From the NCBI GenBank assembly GCA_019057795.1, contig JAHLWS010000065.1:64001-128000 (forward strand): 64,000 bases of DNA, in the 5' to 3' direction. This DNA comes from Promethearchaeota archaeon. GTDB lineage: Archaea > Asgardarchaeota > Lokiarchaeia > Sigyniarchaeales > SOKP01. Each line of letters starts with the position of its first letter. Position 1 is the stretch's first letter. Made by a program: the position numbers and the translations under genes. Below, in pieces: positions 61,641-64,000 of this stretch. Below the pieces are notes generated by a model. That model ran no database searches. It was not told the origin of the DNA and saw nothing but the letters and a program-made list of their open reading frames with translations.

Positions 61641-62792
61641 ATGAAACTGAATAAATTAAAATTGTATGGCAATATTGGTAAATTCTTCCCTTATTTAATG
61701 ATTCTTTATTTTACAGTTAGCTACTTATTCTTTTTTGAAAGCATAATCAATTTATTTCTTTTAATTTCATTCTTAGCTGTATTTATATTTTCTATTATTC
61801 AGTATGTAAAATTATATAAAAAAAACACTAAAGAAATTAAAACAGAACTTGAAAATGAAATTAAAAACATGAAAATAAATTCTACTTTATTCACACCTGA
61901 ATTTCTCATATCATATGCGAGAAAAATACCCTTTACATCTAAAAGGAGTATGGATAGGATTAAGATTCTTATCGCTCATTTATTTAAACAAAAAGAACTT
62001 GAAAGAGAAAAGTTGGTTAGTGCTTTCCAAGGTAAATTTTTTGAGAAAATAAAAGAATCTTTACAGATTTTACTCTATTTTATAAATATAGAAGAATATG
62101 AATTAAATAAATATTTATCTATTAAGAGAAAAAAGCACTTCTTATTCTGGTCAATTTCTCAAGTCATAGTATTAAGTTTAATATTAATTTTTGGATTTTT
62201 AATTGCATTTATTGAACTTCCTCAATTTTTTATTTTCTTTCTCTTTCTAATAATTCTCCTTCTTTTTGTGATTTTTAGAGATATTAAATTGGTTGTTAAT
62301 AAGAAGTTCCAAAATGGTCTTAATAGATACCACAAAAATAAGAAAATATTTAGTGAATATCAAATATCACTTAATTTGCTATGCAATAATCATTATTTTC
62401 TTTCTTTAGAACAATATAAGGATGTCAAATCATTATTGAATTTAACAAATTTAAAAATTAATTACTATAAGGAGATAATAAAACCATATTATTTTTATAT
62501 GTTGAAATATGAAATTATTGGTTTTTTTGGAATTCTCTGTGTAATCATTAGTGCTATTTTTCAAGAGATATCCCATCAAATTTCAATAACTTTATTTAAT
62601 TTTAATATTATAACTATAATCCTCTTTTTAGTCTTTATTTGCGGTTTTATCATAATCCCAATTATACTATTTAGAAAACCTCTCAAAATTAATATTTTAA
62701 TTGATGAAAGAGGTAAGAAGCTTAAAGAAAACTTAGAACTTCTTAAAGTATGCCAATATGCATTTATAATAATCAATAAAAATCAAAATTAG
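61641..62792 (+). CDS. Hypothetical membrane protein (three TM hairpins)
   Basis: 383 aa, very AT-rich, 6 TM segments. Confidence 0.6.
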   Translation: MKLNKLKLYGNIGKFFPYLMILYFTVSYLFFFESIINLFLLISFLAVFIFSIIQYVKLYKKNTKEIKTELENEIKNMKINSTLFTPEFLISYARKIPFTSKRSMDRIKILIAHLFKQKELEREKLVSAFQGKFFEKIKESLQILLYFINIEEYELNKYLSIKRKKHFLFWSISQVIVLSLILIFGFLIAFIELPQFFIFFLFLIILLLFVIFRDIKLVVNKKFQNGLNRYHKNKKIFSEYQISLNLLCNNHYFLSLEQYKDVKSLLNLTNLKINYYKEIIKPYYFYMLKYEIIGFFGILCVIISAIFQEISHQISITLFNFNIITIILFLVFICGFIIIPIILFRKPLKINILIDERGKKLKENLELLKVCQYAFIIINKNQN

Positions 62793-62963
62793 TAGAATAG
62801 TTTTTCTAAATTGCTTAGGTTTCATAAGATTAGTTCTTTTTAAATAAAGTAACAATGAAAAATATTTATAAATTTAATTCGGTTCTAATTACGTTAAATT
62901 ATTCAATCTTAAAAATCATGATTCTATACCATCTGATGTTTATAAAAATTAAAACAGGATACT

Positions 62964-63196
62964 GCTTCGCAACCATCCTTAGATGATCGGGGTTGATGGG
63001 GGGTTTATCCCCCCCTAAATTACGATACTTCCGCGTTCAAAAAAAATATGGCTTAAAAGCTTCGAGACCAAAAACATCCCGTTAAAAAGTAGATAGTAGA
63101 TACATGTAAGTTAAAAGATTCGGAGCGACCCGTTAGCCCTTGATGGTTGCGAAGCGAAGCGAAGCAAGGTCGCGACAGCGGAGCGTAAGCGACGCT
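62964..63196. other. Putative replication origin region of a rolling-circle element
   Basis: 14-bp IR GCTTCGCAACCATC (62964-62977)/GATGGTTGCGAAGC (63142-63155); G6-TTTAT-C7 hairpin (62998-63015); GCGAA repeats; AGCG...CGCT stem; GC-rich island in AT-rich DNA. Confidence 0.55.
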
Positions 63197-63478
63197 AAAT
63201 ACTATTTTTTTCGTGCGGAAAAAGGAAAGAAAAAAAAATACGCCCTTTATATTCTGAATTTCTAAAGGAACAACCGTTGATGAAAGCTGTTAAACAAAAA
63301 TGTAATTTGTATCGTTATTTTTAGTACTTTGTTTAACGCGTTTTAAATAAAGATCAATATTATTAAAACCATAATAAATTCTCTTATAAATATTATAGTC
63401 TATACATTATTTGTAAACATTGATGTTTAACACCAATATTATAATAAATATTTACTATAAGAGGAAAAAAAATTTATA

Positions 63479-63799
63479 ATGGATCAAAAGTACTATATAG
63501 ATTTAAAAGATAAGAATGGAAATTCATACATGTTAAGTATTTTAATCGAACGGGATTTAGGAAAAAACGGAATTTTTATTATGGAACACGCTAACGGTAC
63601 TCAAAAATCGTTTAAAAAAATTACAAGGGCGTTGAAATATCTAAAAAAAAAGAAATTTTCTCCCGATGAAATTAAAAGAGTAATAGATTTAAACCAGAAA
63701 ATCATGAGACTTAGAGATTCCGAAAAACGCAGGTTTATCTCACCTCCTTTTGGTTTTGAATATTCTAAAGAAATTAATAAAAAGTATTCAAAGAAATAA
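63479..63799 (+). CDS. Hypothetical basic protein
   Basis: 106 aa ORF with upstream GAGG. Confidence 0.6.
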   Translation: MDQKYYIDLKDKNGNSYMLSILIERDLGKNGIFIMEHANGTQKSFKKITRALKYLKKKKFSPDEIKRVIDLNQKIMRLRDSEKRRFISPPFGFEYSKEINKKYSKK

Positions 63800-63830
63800 A
63801 ACAATAAAAATTGGAAATATATGAATTATA

Positions 63831-64000
63831 ATGTCGCAAAAAAAAGACAAAATTATAGGGATAAGATTAACAAATACGGAAAAAGAAGAAATTGATAACT
63901 ACACCAAAAATAGAGGTTCTAACCTTACAGAATTTATTAGACAAGCGATAGCTTTTTATCTAAACAATTTAGAAGAAAATCCTGAATCAATTAATATAGA
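63831..64000 (+). CDS. Ribbon-helix-helix (CopG-like) protein, 3'-partial
   Basis: MSQKKDKIIGIRLTNTEKEEIDNYTKNRGSNLTEFIRQAIAFYL... Confidence 0.75.
   Translation, partial: MSQKKDKIIGIRLTNTEKEEIDNYTKNRGSNLTEFIRQAIAFYLNNLEENPESINI

Larger units (their letters stand above)
50100..64000. mobile_element. Integrated or decayed rolling-circle plasmid/virus-like island with defence cargo (boundaries uncertain, continues past window)
   Basis: HUH Rep, membrane ATPase, RHH, AbrB-like gene, origin-like hairpins, R-M and HEPN-like genes; no integrase or att site seen. Confidence 0.6.

Noticed and set aside
50553-62792. Integron-like cassette array
   Set aside because: Mixed orientations, no repeated attC-like sites or integrase found by eye
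1-64000. tRNA/rRNA genes
   Set aside because: No cloverleaf or rRNA-like GC-rich segment recognised; the only GC-rich non-coding patch (62964-63196) lacks tRNA features

Overview
AT-rich archaeal genomic window, most consistent with an Asgard (Lokiarchaeia-like) genome. This is an inference from TBP, the archaeal-type mevalonate pathway, Roadblock and longin-like proteins and RHH/HisKA/REC regulators. Positions 1-48 kb are mostly housekeeping: GH38 mannosidase, a near-complete isoprenoid cluster (HMGS, class II HMGR, MVK, AcnX-type dehydratase, UbiD/UbiX, IPK-IDI2 fusion, GGPPS, GGR, UppS), TBP, amidohydrolase and a surface protein operon. Positions 48-64 kb are an accessory island with VapBC, five RX4H (HEPN-like) proteins, a type II R-M pair and a probable rolling-circle element (HUH Rep, membrane HerA/VirB4-like ATPase, RHH protein, origin-like hairpins). 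Main observation: two protein-coding genes (GH38 alpha-mannosidase and mevalonate kinase) each carry a 30-31 nt hairpin insertion that forms a relaxed bulge-helix-bulge (BHB) motif. Removal by the standard archaeal tRNA-splicing cleavage rule exactly restores the conserved motifs HWDRE|WY and LFGE|HFVVYG, so these look like tRNA-type mRNA introns. The mannosidase intron sits beside a free-standing LAGLIDADG homing endonuclease and an orphaned older copy of exon 1 that ends at the same codon, suggesting a homing cassette made of an endonuclease, a replacement 5' exon and a mini-intron. Two other cassettes are also bracketed by duplications of the 5' end or upstream region of the downstream gene. 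All calls are by eye; no database searches were run.
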